Shown here: piece by piece, positions 35,480-45,491 of the stretch
Numbering within the stretch: the first letter of the stretch is position 1
Layout: each line of letters starts with the position of its first letter
Source: an uncultured Erysipelotrichaceae bacterium
Lineage (GTDB): Bacteria; Bacillota_I; Bacilli_A; RF39; UBA660
Assembly: GCA_902797995.1 (NCBI GenBank)
Contig: CADBUX010000002.1
Span: 7,031 to 71,030 of the forward strand
Direction: 5' to 3'
Length of the DNA stretch: 64,000 bases
Program-made: the position numbers and the translations under genes
Notes under the pieces: model-generated
Seen by the model: only the letters and a program-made list of their open reading frames with translations
What the model was told of the DNA's origin: nothing
The model's database searches: none

Positions 35480-35904
35480 ATTTGAAAATCAAGGTGTCAA
35501 ACTGGAAGTTAACATGCGAGATGAAACTGTGTGGCTTAATGCTAATCAAATGGGAAAACTATTTGATAGAGATTCTAAGAAAATTAGAAAAAACGGTTAA
35601 GCTTCTTGATATAACAAATCGTGCTTATGATAGGATTGATGGAAATGATGTATATCAATCAGTAGAAGAAAAAACCACTAACTTTTTATATTTTATAGTA
35701 AAGAACCATGTATTTATAGATGGCAATAAAAGAATTGGAGCTTGTTTGTTTATATTTTTTCTATCTTTTTATGATATTTTATATAAAGATAATAGTTCTA
35801 TAATAGGTAGTATGTTGCTCACAACACTTACACTTTTAAATGCACAATTAAATCCTAAAGAAAAAGATATTCTGATTAGCTTAACTATGAACTTTTTGAC
35901 GTAA
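35480..35904 (+). pseudogene. Degraded RhuM/Fic-DOC family gene
   Basis: Frame A (35480-35599) reads FENQGVKLEVNMRDETVWLNANQMGKLFDRDSKKIRKNG*, a RhuM N-terminal motif with no start codon. The track ORF frame carries the Fic core NHVFIDGNKRIGA. Frames are discontinuous and the middle of the protein is missing. Confidence 0.6.
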
Positions 35905-35977
35905 GACAAGTGGACACTTCAGTGTTTCTTTTTTTGATATGTTTTATATTTTGTGATAAAATGATAATGGAGGTAAT

Positions 35978-36874
35978 ATGGATAAATATATAGATATGTA
36001 TCTTGAATATCTTTTATATCAAAGAAATTATTCACAGTTAACTATTTCCGGATATAAAGAAGATTTGGTTTTTTACAAAGATTACGTAAATAGTCAAAAT
36101 AAATCCTTTTTAGAAATAGACTACGCTTTTATAAGAAAATTCTATAATTACATGGATTATTTAAAATATTCTAAAAACACTATTTCAAGGAAAATAAGTG
36201 CTATTCGTAGCTTCTACAAATATTTAGCAAGAAATGGATTTATTGGTTTTAATCCGTTTTCCCTTACTAACGGTCCTAAAAAAGATAAGTTGCTCCCAAA
36301 GTTTCTATATTATAACGAACTTGAAGAGCTGTTTAATGCCTGTGATTTAAATACATTTTTAGGAGTTCGAGATCGCCTCTTATTAGAAATGTTATATGCT
36401 ACCGGTATGAGAGTCGGGGAACTCGAAATGATAAAAATTAATGATATTAACTTTTATGATAATTCTATAAAGATACTTGGTAAAGGTAATAAAGAGCGCA
36501 TTGTTTATTTTGGAGAGTACGCTAGAGAAATACTTGATATGTATTTGAATAAACGTGATGATAAATGCGAGTATTTATTTATAAATAATAATAAAGAGAG
36601 ATTAACCGCCAGGGGAGTTAGATACATAATAAATAAAGTTGTAGAAAAAGCAAGTCTTAATACTAAGGTAAGTCCTCATATGCTAAGGCATTCATTTGCA
36701 ACCCATTTACTTAACGAAGGATGTGACCTTTTAAGCGTTCAAGAACTATTAGGACACGAGTCTCTTCGTGCAACTCAAGTTTATACCCATGTTACTAATG
36801 ATAGATTAAAGGATGTATATTTAAAATCACATCCTAGAAATAATACAAGGATAGGTGATAATAATGATATTTAA
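35978..36874 (+). CDS. XerC/XerD-family tyrosine recombinase
   Basis: SAM-like N-domain (YL.YL...RNYS..T...Y..DL) and catalytic residues in ...ATGMRVGEL..., HMLRHSFATHLL and LGHESLRATQVYTH. Confidence 0.9.
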   Translation: MDKYIDMYLEYLLYQRNYSQLTISGYKEDLVFYKDYVNSQNKSFLEIDYAFIRKFYNYMDYLKYSKNTISRKISAIRSFYKYLARNGFIGFNPFSLTNGPKKDKLLPKFLYYNELEELFNACDLNTFLGVRDRLLLEMLYATGMRVGELEMIKINDINFYDNSIKILGKGNKERIVYFGEYAREILDMYLNKRDDKCEYLFINNNKERLTARGVRYIINKVVEKASLNTKVSPHMLRHSFATHLLNEGCDLLSVQELLGHESLRATQVYTHVTNDRLKDVYLKSHPRNNTRIGDNNDI

Positions 36875-38309
36875 AAATGTAATAGAAAGATTAAAACAAT
36901 ATGATATACTTATTTCTTACGATGAGTGTGAACAAGAATTTAGTAATATTTCATATGATTCGAACGAAGTAACAGAAGATACTTTGTTCATCTGTAAAGG
37001 TGTTTCGTTTAAAAAAGATTACTTAGAAAGTGCAATTAGTAAAGGTGCAACATGTTATGTTAGTGAAAAAGATTATGAAGTTAGCATTCCAAAAATAATA
37101 GTAAATGACGAGAGAAAAGCTTTAGCAGTTATATCCGATCTTTTTTACCCAGATGATTTATATAAAATTGGTATAACAGGTACTAAAGGTAAAACTACTA
37201 CTAACTATTTTATTCATAACATATTAAAACATCATTTAGGATACACTCCAGGAATATTCGCAACTCACTATTTTTACAGTGGGCTTCATAGTGGGGAAAA
37301 CCATTTAACTACCCCAGAGAGTTTAGAACTTCATAAATATTTAAATGAAATGATGCAAAGTGGCATTAAATATATGTCCATGGAGGCATCAAGCCAAGCT
37401 TCAAAACATGATCGCATATTTGGTATGAATTTTAATATAGGATGCTTTTTAAATGTTAGTCCCGATCATATTTCACCACTCGAACATCCAGATTTTGAAG
37501 ACTATTTAAACTGTAAATTAGACTTTTTAAAAAAATGTGAAACAGTTATTATTTATAAACATACAGATTATTATGATAGAGTAATGGAAACTGTAAAAGA
37601 TAAAAAAATAATAACCTTTGGTATGAAAGACGCTGATTATATTATTAGTAATATTGCAAACGACAAAGGACTTTCATTTGATATAACACACGGGAATGAT
37701 ACTAAGAATTATAGAATAAGTATGGCAGGTAGATTTAATGTTATAAATGCAACATGTGCGGTAGTAGTAGCAGATCTTCTTGGAGTATCCTATGAAAACA
37801 TTTTAAAAGGGCTTTTAGAAACCTCTGTTTCTGGAAGAATGAATGTAATAAACTCTGGAATATGTCCAGTTATCATTGACTATGCTCATAATGAGCTAAG
37901 CGCTAAAGCACTATATGAATCATTAAAAGAAGATTATCCGGATAAGAAAATAAAAGTAGTATTTGGCTGTCCTGGAGATAAAGGCATCAATAGAAGACGC
38001 GATATGGGAACACTTGCAGGACAATATGCAGATTATGTATATCTAACTGCAGAAGATCCTGGACATAGTAAAGTTACTGATATTTGTAATGATATAATTA
38101 AATATATCAAAGAGTATCACAATAATTACGAAGTAATTGAAGATAGAAAAGAAGCTATTGCTAAAGCCATTCATGATGCCACAAAAGATGATGTAATTGC
38201 GCTTCTTGGTAAAGGTGATGAGAATTACCAAATGATAGATGGAAAATGGTTACCATATGAAACAGATATAGAGGTAGTAAAGGAAGAACTTAATAAAGTA
38301 AAAGAATAA
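36864..38309 (+). CDS. murE: UDP-N-acetylmuramoyl-L-alanyl-D-glutamate--(L-Lys or meso-DAP) ligase
   Basis: P-loop GITGTKGKTTT and the Mur ligase central and C-terminal domains (DYAHN). The third-position amino acid is not inferable. Confidence 0.85.
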   Translation: MIFKNVIERLKQYDILISYDECEQEFSNISYDSNEVTEDTLFICKGVSFKKDYLESAISKGATCYVSEKDYEVSIPKIIVNDERKALAVISDLFYPDDLYKIGITGTKGKTTTNYFIHNILKHHLGYTPGIFATHYFYSGLHSGENHLTTPESLELHKYLNEMMQSGIKYMSMEASSQASKHDRIFGMNFNIGCFLNVSPDHISPLEHPDFEDYLNCKLDFLKKCETVIIYKHTDYYDRVMETVKDKKIITFGMKDADYIISNIANDKGLSFDITHGNDTKNYRISMAGRFNVINATCAVVVADLLGVSYENILKGLLETSVSGRMNVINSGICPVIIDYAHNELSAKALYESLKEDYPDKKIKVVFGCPGDKGINRRRDMGTLAGQYADYVYLTAEDPGHSKVTDICNDIIKYIKEYHNNYEVIEDRKEAIAKAIHDATKDDVIALLGKGDENYQMIDGKWLPYETDIEVVKEELNKVKE

Positions 38310-38360
38310 GTTATCTTCTAAACAAAATAATTTATGATATAATTTAAGTAGGTGGAGTAT

Positions 38361-39089
38361 ATGGAAAAGACATATAAAAATACTAGTATTAATTATGTAT
38401 TCTATGATAATAAATCAAACATTAATTTAATATATTTACATGGATGGGGTCAAAACATAGAAATGATGATGCCAATAGCAAAACCATTTATAGATAAATA
38501 TAATGTTCTGATAATAGATTTACCAGGTTTTGGTTTATCAGATGAACCAAAAGAAGCTTGGACTTTATACGATTATGCTGATATGGTAAATTTCTTCGCA
38601 AAGGAATTTAAATTAGATAGTCCTATCCTTATAGGACATTCATTCGGAGGTAAAATTTCTATTTGCTATGCTTTAAAATATAAAACTAAAAAACTAGTCT
38701 TACTTGCAGCCCCTTATGATCGAAAAATAACCAAACCTACTTTAAAGATGAAAGTATTTAAGATTCTTAAAAAGACTCCTTTTGCAAGTCTTGCCAAAAA
38801 GCATATGGGAAGTCTTGATTATAGAAACGCTAGTGATATGATGAAAAAGGTTCTGGTTAAACACGTTAACACTGACTTAAAAGAAGAAGTAAAAAAAATT
38901 AAATGTCCCACCTTATTAATCTGGGGTACAAATGATGAAGCGGTTGATTATAATGATGCTTTAGTACTTGAAAAACTAATACCTGACTGTGGATTAGTTA
39001 CCTATGAAGGATGCTCACATTATGCATATTTAGAAAGACTTAATCAAACAGTTAATATACTTAAAAGTTTTATAGGAAGTGATAAATAA
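38361..39089 (+). CDS. Alpha/beta-fold hydrolase
   Basis: Oxyanion motif LHGWG, nucleophile elbow GHSFGG and a C-terminal H in CSHYAYLE. Confidence 0.75.
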   Translation: MEKTYKNTSINYVFYDNKSNINLIYLHGWGQNIEMMMPIAKPFIDKYNVLIIDLPGFGLSDEPKEAWTLYDYADMVNFFAKEFKLDSPILIGHSFGGKISICYALKYKTKKLVLLAAPYDRKITKPTLKMKVFKILKKTPFASLAKKHMGSLDYRNASDMMKKVLVKHVNTDLKEEVKKIKCPTLLIWGTNDEAVDYNDALVLEKLIPDCGLVTYEGCSHYAYLERLNQTVNILKSFIGSDK

Positions 39090-40681
39090 TGAAGATATAT
39101 TTTATACTATCAGTTTTAGTAGCATTGTATTATTTATATCTTAAAAACAAAAAAATTATGCATATGTTACAGCAAAACTATTACAATGATGATAACAGAT
39201 ATTTAAAATGGCTAGAGAATAATTTTAAAAAATCTTTTATTAATTTTGATATATTTTTCATAGTATTTGTTCTATTATTTTTTATAAATAATAACATACT
39301 ATCTATAATTTTATTTGTACTATTATATGTATTATCTTATATCACCTATAAAAACAAGATTAGAAATGAACAATCAAAAAAACCTTTAGTAGTCACTGCA
39401 AGAGTAAAAAGATTATATGTAACAGAATTAATATTATATTTAATAGTAATAATGCCTATGATAATAAATTTTAAAGAATCCCGTTTAAATATTTATTATC
39501 TTATAATAGGACTTATGATATTCGTGCAGTGGTATATTATAGTAATTGCTAACATTATAAATAAACCAGTGGAAAAATTAGTATTCAATCACTTCAAAAA
39601 ACTCGCTAAAAATAAACTAAAAGATATGAAGGATTTAAAGAAAGTAGCAATCACAGGAAGTTATGGCAAAACTAGTTCAAAAAATATATTAAATGATATA
39701 TTAAATGTAAAATATAATTCATATGCAACAGAAAAAAGTTTTAATACTATGAATGGGCTTATGATTTCAATAAATAATAAACTTGATAAATTTACAGATA
39801 TATTTATCTCAGAAATGGGAGCCTTCAAAAGAGGTGAAATAAAAGAACTTTGTGCCCTAATTAAGCCAGAGTATGGAGTTTTAACAATTATAGGAACTGC
39901 CCATTTAGAAAGTTTTGGATCAAGAGAAAATATTCAGAAAGCTAAGTTTGAACTTATTGATAGCCTGCCTAGCGATGGTATAGCAATTCTTAATATGGAT
40001 GATCCATATCAAACAAGTTACAATATTAAGAGTAATTGTAAAAAAGTATGGGTATCAATTAGCAATAAGAAAGCAGATGTTTATGCTGAAGAAATAAAAC
40101 TATCAAGTAAAGGAACAAGTTTTAAAGTTACTTTTAAAGATAATAAAGAAAGTTGCACTCTAGAAACTAAACTTCTTGGTAATGCTAACGTCTACAATAT
40201 ATTACAGGCTGTAGCACTTGCTTATAATTTAGGACTTACTTTGGATCAAATAAAAACAGGAGTAAAAAGAATAAGTCCAATTGAACATAGATTGGAGCTA
40301 AAAAAATATGGTGACATTAATATAATAGATGATGCCTATAACTCAAATCCAGTGGGAGCTAAAATGGCAGTAGATGTGCTTAGTATGATGGATGGCAAAA
40401 AAATTATTGTTACTCCAGGTATGGTAGAACTTGGAGAAAAACAACATGAATATAACATGGAATTTGGCCGTCAAATAGCGAAAGTCTGTGATGAAGTTAT
40501 ATTAATTGGAGAAGAACAAACAAAACCAATACTTGAAGGATTAAAAAAAGAAAAATATCCTGAAAAGAGTATTCATATTTTAAACGATGTAAAAGAAGCT
40601 TTTCCACTTATGAAAAAATTAAGTGAAAAAAATACATATGTGCTTTTAGAAAATGACTTACCAGACATATTTAATGAATAG
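39089..40681 (+). CDS. murF: MurF-like Mur ligase with N-terminal polytopic membrane domain
   Basis: About 170 aa of hydrophobic segments come first. These are followed by the P-loop ITGSYGKTSSK, EMGAFKRGEI, TAHLESFGS and the DDAYNSNP C-domain. The usual MurF N-terminal UDP-MurNAc-tripeptide-binding domain is absent. Confidence 0.7.
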   Translation: MKIYFILSVLVALYYLYLKNKKIMHMLQQNYYNDDNRYLKWLENNFKKSFINFDIFFIVFVLLFFINNNILSIILFVLLYVLSYITYKNKIRNEQSKKPLVVTARVKRLYVTELILYLIVIMPMIINFKESRLNIYYLIIGLMIFVQWYIIVIANIINKPVEKLVFNHFKKLAKNKLKDMKDLKKVAITGSYGKTSSKNILNDILNVKYNSYATEKSFNTMNGLMISINNKLDKFTDIFISEMGAFKRGEIKELCALIKPEYGVLTIIGTAHLESFGSRENIQKAKFELIDSLPSDGIAILNMDDPYQTSYNIKSNCKKVWVSISNKKADVYAEEIKLSSKGTSFKVTFKDNKESCTLETKLLGNANVYNILQAVALAYNLGLTLDQIKTGVKRISPIEHRLELKKYGDINIIDDAYNSNPVGAKMAVDVLSMMDGKKIIVTPGMVELGEKQHEYNMEFGRQIAKVCDEVILIGEEQTKPILEGLKKEKYPEKSIHILNDVKEAFPLMKKLSEKNTYVLLENDLPDIFNE

Positions 40682-40691
40682 GAGTGATAAT

Positions 40692-41885
40692 ATGAAAATT
40701 AAATTAGGAGTTATCTTTGGAGGAGAAACAGTAGAGCATGAAGTAAGTATTATTTCAGCGCTTCAAGCCTTGCAAAATTTAAATAAAGATAAATATGATA
40801 TTATACCTTTATATATATCGAAAAATAGAACTTGGTATACTGGAGATAAACTAACAAATATAGAAACATTTAAAAATTTTGAAAACAATGAAAAGTATGT
40901 AACACCAGTAACTTTATATAAAAAAGACAACAAATTCTATTTGCAAAATACTGCTGGTCTTATAAGAAAAGATATTACAGATATTGATATTGTTCTTCCC
41001 ATAGTTCATGGTAACAACGTTGAAGATGGTTCCTTAGCAGGCTATCTTGACACAATTGGAATTCCTTATGTCGGTCCACATGTTTTAGGAGCTGCTTTAG
41101 GACAAGACAAAGTAACTATGAAACAAGTAATGAAAACAGAAAATATTCCTGTTGTAGATTTTATTTGGTTCTTCGATAGTGAATATTTAGACAATAAGGA
41201 AAATATTTTAAAAGATATAAAAAAACTAGGTTATCCAGTAGTAGTAAAACCAGCAACATTAGGAAGTAGTGTAGGAATAACTTTTGTAAAAAGTGAAAAA
41301 GAAGTAGAAGAAGCAATTGAAGAAGCTATTTCTTACGATAACAAAATTGTAGTAGAAAAAGCTGTAGAAAACCTAGTAGAAGTAAATGTAAGTGTACTTG
41401 GTAACTATGAAAGTCAAAAAGTAAGTCCTTTAGAAGAAGTAATGGGTTTAGATGAAATATTAAGTTATTCTGATAAATACTTAGGAGGCTCCAAAACAAA
41501 AGGTTCTGGAAGTAAAGGAATGGCATCCACTAATAGAATAATACCTGCAAGAATTTCGGAAAAGTTAACCAAAGACATACAAAAAACATCAAAGAAAGTG
41601 TTTAAGCTATTAAACTTAAGTGGAGTATGTAGAATAGACTATTTAATAGATAAAAAAACAGAAAAATTCTATGTTAATGAGCCTAATACAATTCCAGGAA
41701 GTCTTTCATTCTATCTTTGGAAAGAAGCTGGTGTTGAGTATAAAGACTTACTTGATGAAATGATTAGCATTGCTATAAAAGAATATAAAAACAAATCAAA
41801 GAAAACAATGAGTTTTGAAAGCAATATTTTAGCAGGTTTTTCTGGTTCTAAAGGAACAAAAGGATTAAAAGGAACAAAAGATTAG
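40692..41885 (+). CDS. ddl: D-alanine--D-alanine ligase (long form)
   Basis: VIFGGETVEHEVSI, HGNNVEDGSLAGYL and the ATP-grasp motifs; NEPNTIPG at the C-terminus. ATG 40692 follows GGAGTGA. Confidence 0.9.
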   Translation: MKIKLGVIFGGETVEHEVSIISALQALQNLNKDKYDIIPLYISKNRTWYTGDKLTNIETFKNFENNEKYVTPVTLYKKDNKFYLQNTAGLIRKDITDIDIVLPIVHGNNVEDGSLAGYLDTIGIPYVGPHVLGAALGQDKVTMKQVMKTENIPVVDFIWFFDSEYLDNKENILKDIKKLGYPVVVKPATLGSSVGITFVKSEKEVEEAIEEAISYDNKIVVEKAVENLVEVNVSVLGNYESQKVSPLEEVMGLDEILSYSDKYLGGSKTKGSGSKGMASTNRIIPARISEKLTKDIQKTSKKVFKLLNLSGVCRIDYLIDKKTEKFYVNEPNTIPGSLSFYLWKEAGVEYKDLLDEMISIAIKEYKNKSKKTMSFESNILAGFSGSKGTKGLKGTKD

Positions 41886-41892
41886 AAAAGTC

Positions 41893-42237
41893 ATGCTTTT
41901 AAACAAATTAAGTTTAGAAGAGATACTTGAAAATAACCATGAAGAAGTTTTATACAACCTAGGATATGAAGCGCAAGATAACGATTTAAATGATATTTAT
42001 GACGAAGAAGTAATTAAAACTATTAGAAATGAAATAGCACAATTAAATGATAAAAAGCAAAAAATACTAAAACTATATTATGGAATTGAAAATGATGAAC
42101 ATACTTTAAATGAAGTAGGAGAAATGTTTGGTATTACTCATCAAGCAGTATCGTTTCATATGCAAAATGCATTTGAAAACTTAATTAAAAAGAATAAGGT
42201 AAAAGCTTTAAAAAATTATTTGTATAAAGAAATATAA
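41893..42237 (+). CDS. Small protein consisting essentially of a sigma-70 region-4-like HTH
   Basis: L.DKKQKILKLYYGIENDEHTLNEVGEMFGITHQAVSFHMQNAFENL is the region 4.2 pattern. No region 2 is present. Confidence 0.55.
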   Translation: MLLNKLSLEEILENNHEEVLYNLGYEAQDNDLNDIYDEEVIKTIRNEIAQLNDKKQKILKLYYGIENDEHTLNEVGEMFGITHQAVSFHMQNAFENLIKKNKVKALKNYLYKEI

Positions 42238-42317
42238 AATAAAAAGAGTGTAAACTTTTACATTCTTTTTTTTGTTTTTTCATATTTTCTGGTATAATAT
42301 TTATGGAGATGATAGTT

Positions 42318-44219
42318 ATGGCACTTAAATATGATGAAAGTAGTATTAAAATTTTAGAAGGCTTAGAAGCTGTTAGAAAACGTCCTGGTATGTATATAGG
42401 ATCAACAGACAAACGTGGTCTTCATCATTTAATATGGGAAATTGTAGATAATTCAATAGATGAAGTTATAAATGGTTTTGGAGATTATATAAATGTGACG
42501 CTTCATGAAGATGGATCTTGTTCTGTAGAAGATAAAGGTAGAGGGCTACCTGTAGGAATGCATGCAAGTGGCAAAAGTACACCAGAAGTTATTTTTACCG
42601 TACTTCATGCTGGTGGTAAATTTGAAACAAGCGGTTATAAAGTGTCAGGGGGCCTTCACGGAGTTGGTGCCTCAGTAGTAAATGCACTTTCTTCATGGCT
42701 TGAAGTAACTATTCGTCGTGATGGATATGAATATTATATAAGATTTGAAGATGGTGGCAAGGTGGCAGTGCCACTTAAAAAAGTAGGAACTACTAATAGA
42801 CATGGTACAACTGTTAGATTTATGCCTGACTATAGTATTTTCAAAGGGGCTAGTTTTTCATATACAACAGTTCGAGAAAGAATGCAAGAAAGTGCTTTTC
42901 TTATAAAAGGACTTACTGTAGAACTAGCGGATTTAGAAGATGGGAAACATGACAAATTCTATTATGATGATGGACTCTTATCATTCGTAGAAATGATTAA
43001 TGAAAACAAAAAACCGCTTCATAATGTATATAGTTTTTCAGGAAGTAAAAATAATATTGAAATGGATATAGCATTTCAATATACAGATTCATATAACGAA
43101 AGTATTATATCTTTTGTAAACAATGTAAAAACAGTAGATGGTGGAACACATGAAGTTGGATTTAAAACAGCACTTACAAAAATATTTAATGATTATGGAA
43201 AAGCAAATGGTTATTTTAAAGGTAAAGATAAAGGTTTTGATGGAAGCGATGTTAGGGAAGGACTAACAGCAGTTATATCTTTAAAAATACCTGAAGCCTT
43301 ACTTCAATTTGAAGGACAAACTAAATCAAAACTAGGTTCTCCTGCAGCCCGTACAGCAGTTGAAGCAGTTGTTACAGAAAAATTATTATTCTTTCTAGAA
43401 GAAAATAAAGCAATAGCAACTGAAATAGTAGAAAAATCTTTAAAAAGTAAACAAGCCCGTGAAGCCGCAAGAAAAGCACGTGAAGAAATAAGAAAGGGTA
43501 AAACAAAAGGAGCCAAAGAAAAACTTTTATCAGGAAAGCTTACTCCTGCTGGAGGAAAAGATAAAACAAAAAATGAACTTTTCTTAGTCGAAGGTGATTC
43601 AGCAGGAGGTTCAGCTAAACAAGGAAGAGATCGTAAGTTTCAGGCTATCCTTCCACTTCGTGGTAAAGTTTTAAATACTGAAAGAGCAAAAGCAGAAGAT
43701 ATATTTAAAAACGAAGAAATTAATACAATGATTCATACAATTGGAGCAGGATCAGGATCTGACTTTGACCCAGATGATATTCAGTATGACAAAGTTATTA
43801 TAATGACTGATGCTGATGATGATGGAGCTCATATTCAAGTTCTTTTGTTAACATTCTTCTATAGATTTATGAGACCTCTTATTGAATTAGGAAAATTATA
43901 TATAGCAATGCCACCTTTATATAAAATAACAACAGGAAAAGAAGTGACATATGCATATGACAATGATGAATTAAAAGAAAAAACTGAAGGAAAAAAATGT
44001 GAAATACAGCGTTATAAAGGTCTTGGTGAAATGAATTCTGACCAACTTTGGGAAACAACTATGAATCCACTTACAAGATCTATGATAAAAGTTAATATTG
44101 ATGATGCATCTTTAGCAGAAAAAAGAGTAAGTGTTTTAATGGGAGATAAAGTAGAGCCAAGAAAAGAATGGATAGAAGAAAATGTTGAGTTTTCTCTAGA
44201 AGATGACTATAAAATATAA
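42318..44219 (+). CDS. parE: Type IIA topoisomerase ATPase (B) subunit, ParE-like
   Basis: ILEGLEAVRKRPGMYIG, GGLHGVGASVVNALS and the EGDSAGG / PLRGK Toprim motifs. The C-terminus (EPRKEWIEENVEFSLEDD) resembles ParE (NVKFTLEE) rather than the GyrB ending VKNLDI. Confidence 0.85.
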   Translation: MALKYDESSIKILEGLEAVRKRPGMYIGSTDKRGLHHLIWEIVDNSIDEVINGFGDYINVTLHEDGSCSVEDKGRGLPVGMHASGKSTPEVIFTVLHAGGKFETSGYKVSGGLHGVGASVVNALSSWLEVTIRRDGYEYYIRFEDGGKVAVPLKKVGTTNRHGTTVRFMPDYSIFKGASFSYTTVRERMQESAFLIKGLTVELADLEDGKHDKFYYDDGLLSFVEMINENKKPLHNVYSFSGSKNNIEMDIAFQYTDSYNESIISFVNNVKTVDGGTHEVGFKTALTKIFNDYGKANGYFKGKDKGFDGSDVREGLTAVISLKIPEALLQFEGQTKSKLGSPAARTAVEAVVTEKLLFFLEENKAIATEIVEKSLKSKQAREAARKAREEIRKGKTKGAKEKLLSGKLTPAGGKDKTKNELFLVEGDSAGGSAKQGRDRKFQAILPLRGKVLNTERAKAEDIFKNEEINTMIHTIGAGSGSDFDPDDIQYDKVIIMTDADDDGAHIQVLLLTFFYRFMRPLIELGKLYIAMPPLYKITTGKEVTYAYDNDELKEKTEGKKCEIQRYKGLGEMNSDQLWETTMNPLTRSMIKVNIDDASLAEKRVSVLMGDKVEPRKEWIEENVEFSLEDDYKI

Positions 44220-44260
44220 TAAAAAAATAGCACTATTCATATAATTTACAGAGGTATATT

Positions 44261-45160
44261 ATGAATAATGCTATTTTATTTTTTTATAATATTAACGTTT
44301 CTAATGTAGAAAAAATAAATAAAAACTATTATTTTAACTATTTAAATAATAATTATGGTGTTTATTCTTATAATCGTGATGTTTTAGAGGCAAGAAGCAT
44401 ATATTCACTAAATCTTGAACTTCTTAACAAAGGATTAATAGGATATGAAATTATTTCCACAATCACTGGAGAAATACTGTTTATATATGAAGGTAACTAT
44501 TACATCATGATGAAATTTCCTGATATTCAAAATAGAATGATTAATTATCAGGATATATTAGATTTTAATTTTGAAATAGATAGTAACAAATATAAAAATT
44601 TAGATAAATCAAACTGGGGCTTTTCTTGGTCAAACAAAATAGATTTTATAGATTACCAATTTGGGCAAATGAAAAACAAGTTTCCCATTTTAGATAGTAC
44701 CATAGATTATTTTATAGGAGTATGGGAAAATGCTATTAGTTACTATAATGACAATGTAAAAGAACCAGAAAAAAAATACGTTTGTCATAAAAGAACGAGT
44801 GTTACTATGGATTTATTAGAATTTTTAAATCCCCTTAATTTTGTAATAGATTATAAAGAACGAGATATTGGAGAGTATTTAAAATCATATGTCACAACCA
44901 AAAACTTTTCCATTCACTCATTTGATAATATTTTTAAGTACTTATCAAGAAATAACATTATTCTTTTAATCAGTAGAATACTATTTCCATCATACTTTTT
45001 TGATTTATATGAAAAAATAATAGTAGATAAACTAAATGAAAAAGAAATACTAAAAGTAATAGACAAAAAAAGTAATATTATTCATTTATTAAAATATATT
45101 TTTGATAGGTATAGAGATCTTAATATACCATATATCGATTGGATAAAAAAAAGTGATTAG
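44261..45160 (+). CDS. Hypothetical protein, possibly CotS/YutH-like kinase-fold spore-coat family
   Basis: Resemblance is only weak overall (N-terminal YxFxxxxxxYxxY pattern, ~300 aa). Confidence 0.3.
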   Translation: MNNAILFFYNINVSNVEKINKNYYFNYLNNNYGVYSYNRDVLEARSIYSLNLELLNKGLIGYEIISTITGEILFIYEGNYYIMMKFPDIQNRMINYQDILDFNFEIDSNKYKNLDKSNWGFSWSNKIDFIDYQFGQMKNKFPILDSTIDYFIGVWENAISYYNDNVKEPEKKYVCHKRTSVTMDLLEFLNPLNFVIDYKERDIGEYLKSYVTTKNFSIHSFDNIFKYLSRNNIILLISRILFPSYFFDLYEKIIVDKLNEKEILKVIDKKSNIIHLLKYIFDRYRDLNIPYIDWIKKSD

Positions 45161-45163
45161 TTA

Positions 45164-45385
45164 TCAATTTACTAATCGTACACCTTTAATTTCAGGAACT
45201 TTTTCCATAATAGTTCTTTCAATACCTTCGGTTAAGGTAATGTCCCTTATAGCACATCCAGCACATGCACCCTGAAATGCCACATAAACAATGTTATCTT
45301 CTATTTTTACAAGTTCTATATTACCGCCATCATTCATTAAGAATGGTCTTAAATCATTAATTACTTCTTCAACTTTTTCTTTCAT
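45164..45385 (-). CDS. NifU-like (Nfu C-terminal domain) Fe-S cluster protein
   Basis: LRPFLMNDGGNIELV...GACAGCA is the Nfu CxxC motif. I prefer ATG 45385. Confidence 0.85.
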   Translation of the reverse strand: MKEKVEEVINDLRPFLMNDGGNIELVKIEDNIVYVAFQGACAGCAIRDITLTEGIERTIMEKVPEIKGVRLVN

Positions 45386-45491
45386 ATCAATCACCGAGAA
45401 TATTATATAATTATTTTATAGTTTTGTAAAGTAAACAAAAGTTTTGAAAATATTATATAAATAAGGTATAATAAAGATGGAAGTGATTCTT

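Noticed and set aside
35482-35904. Intact Fic/DOC toxin gene as given by the ORF track
   Set aside because: The first ~35 codons of the track ORF are an out-of-frame reading of a RhuM N-terminal motif. The protein is far shorter than RhuM/Fic proteins. I treat it as a pseudogene.
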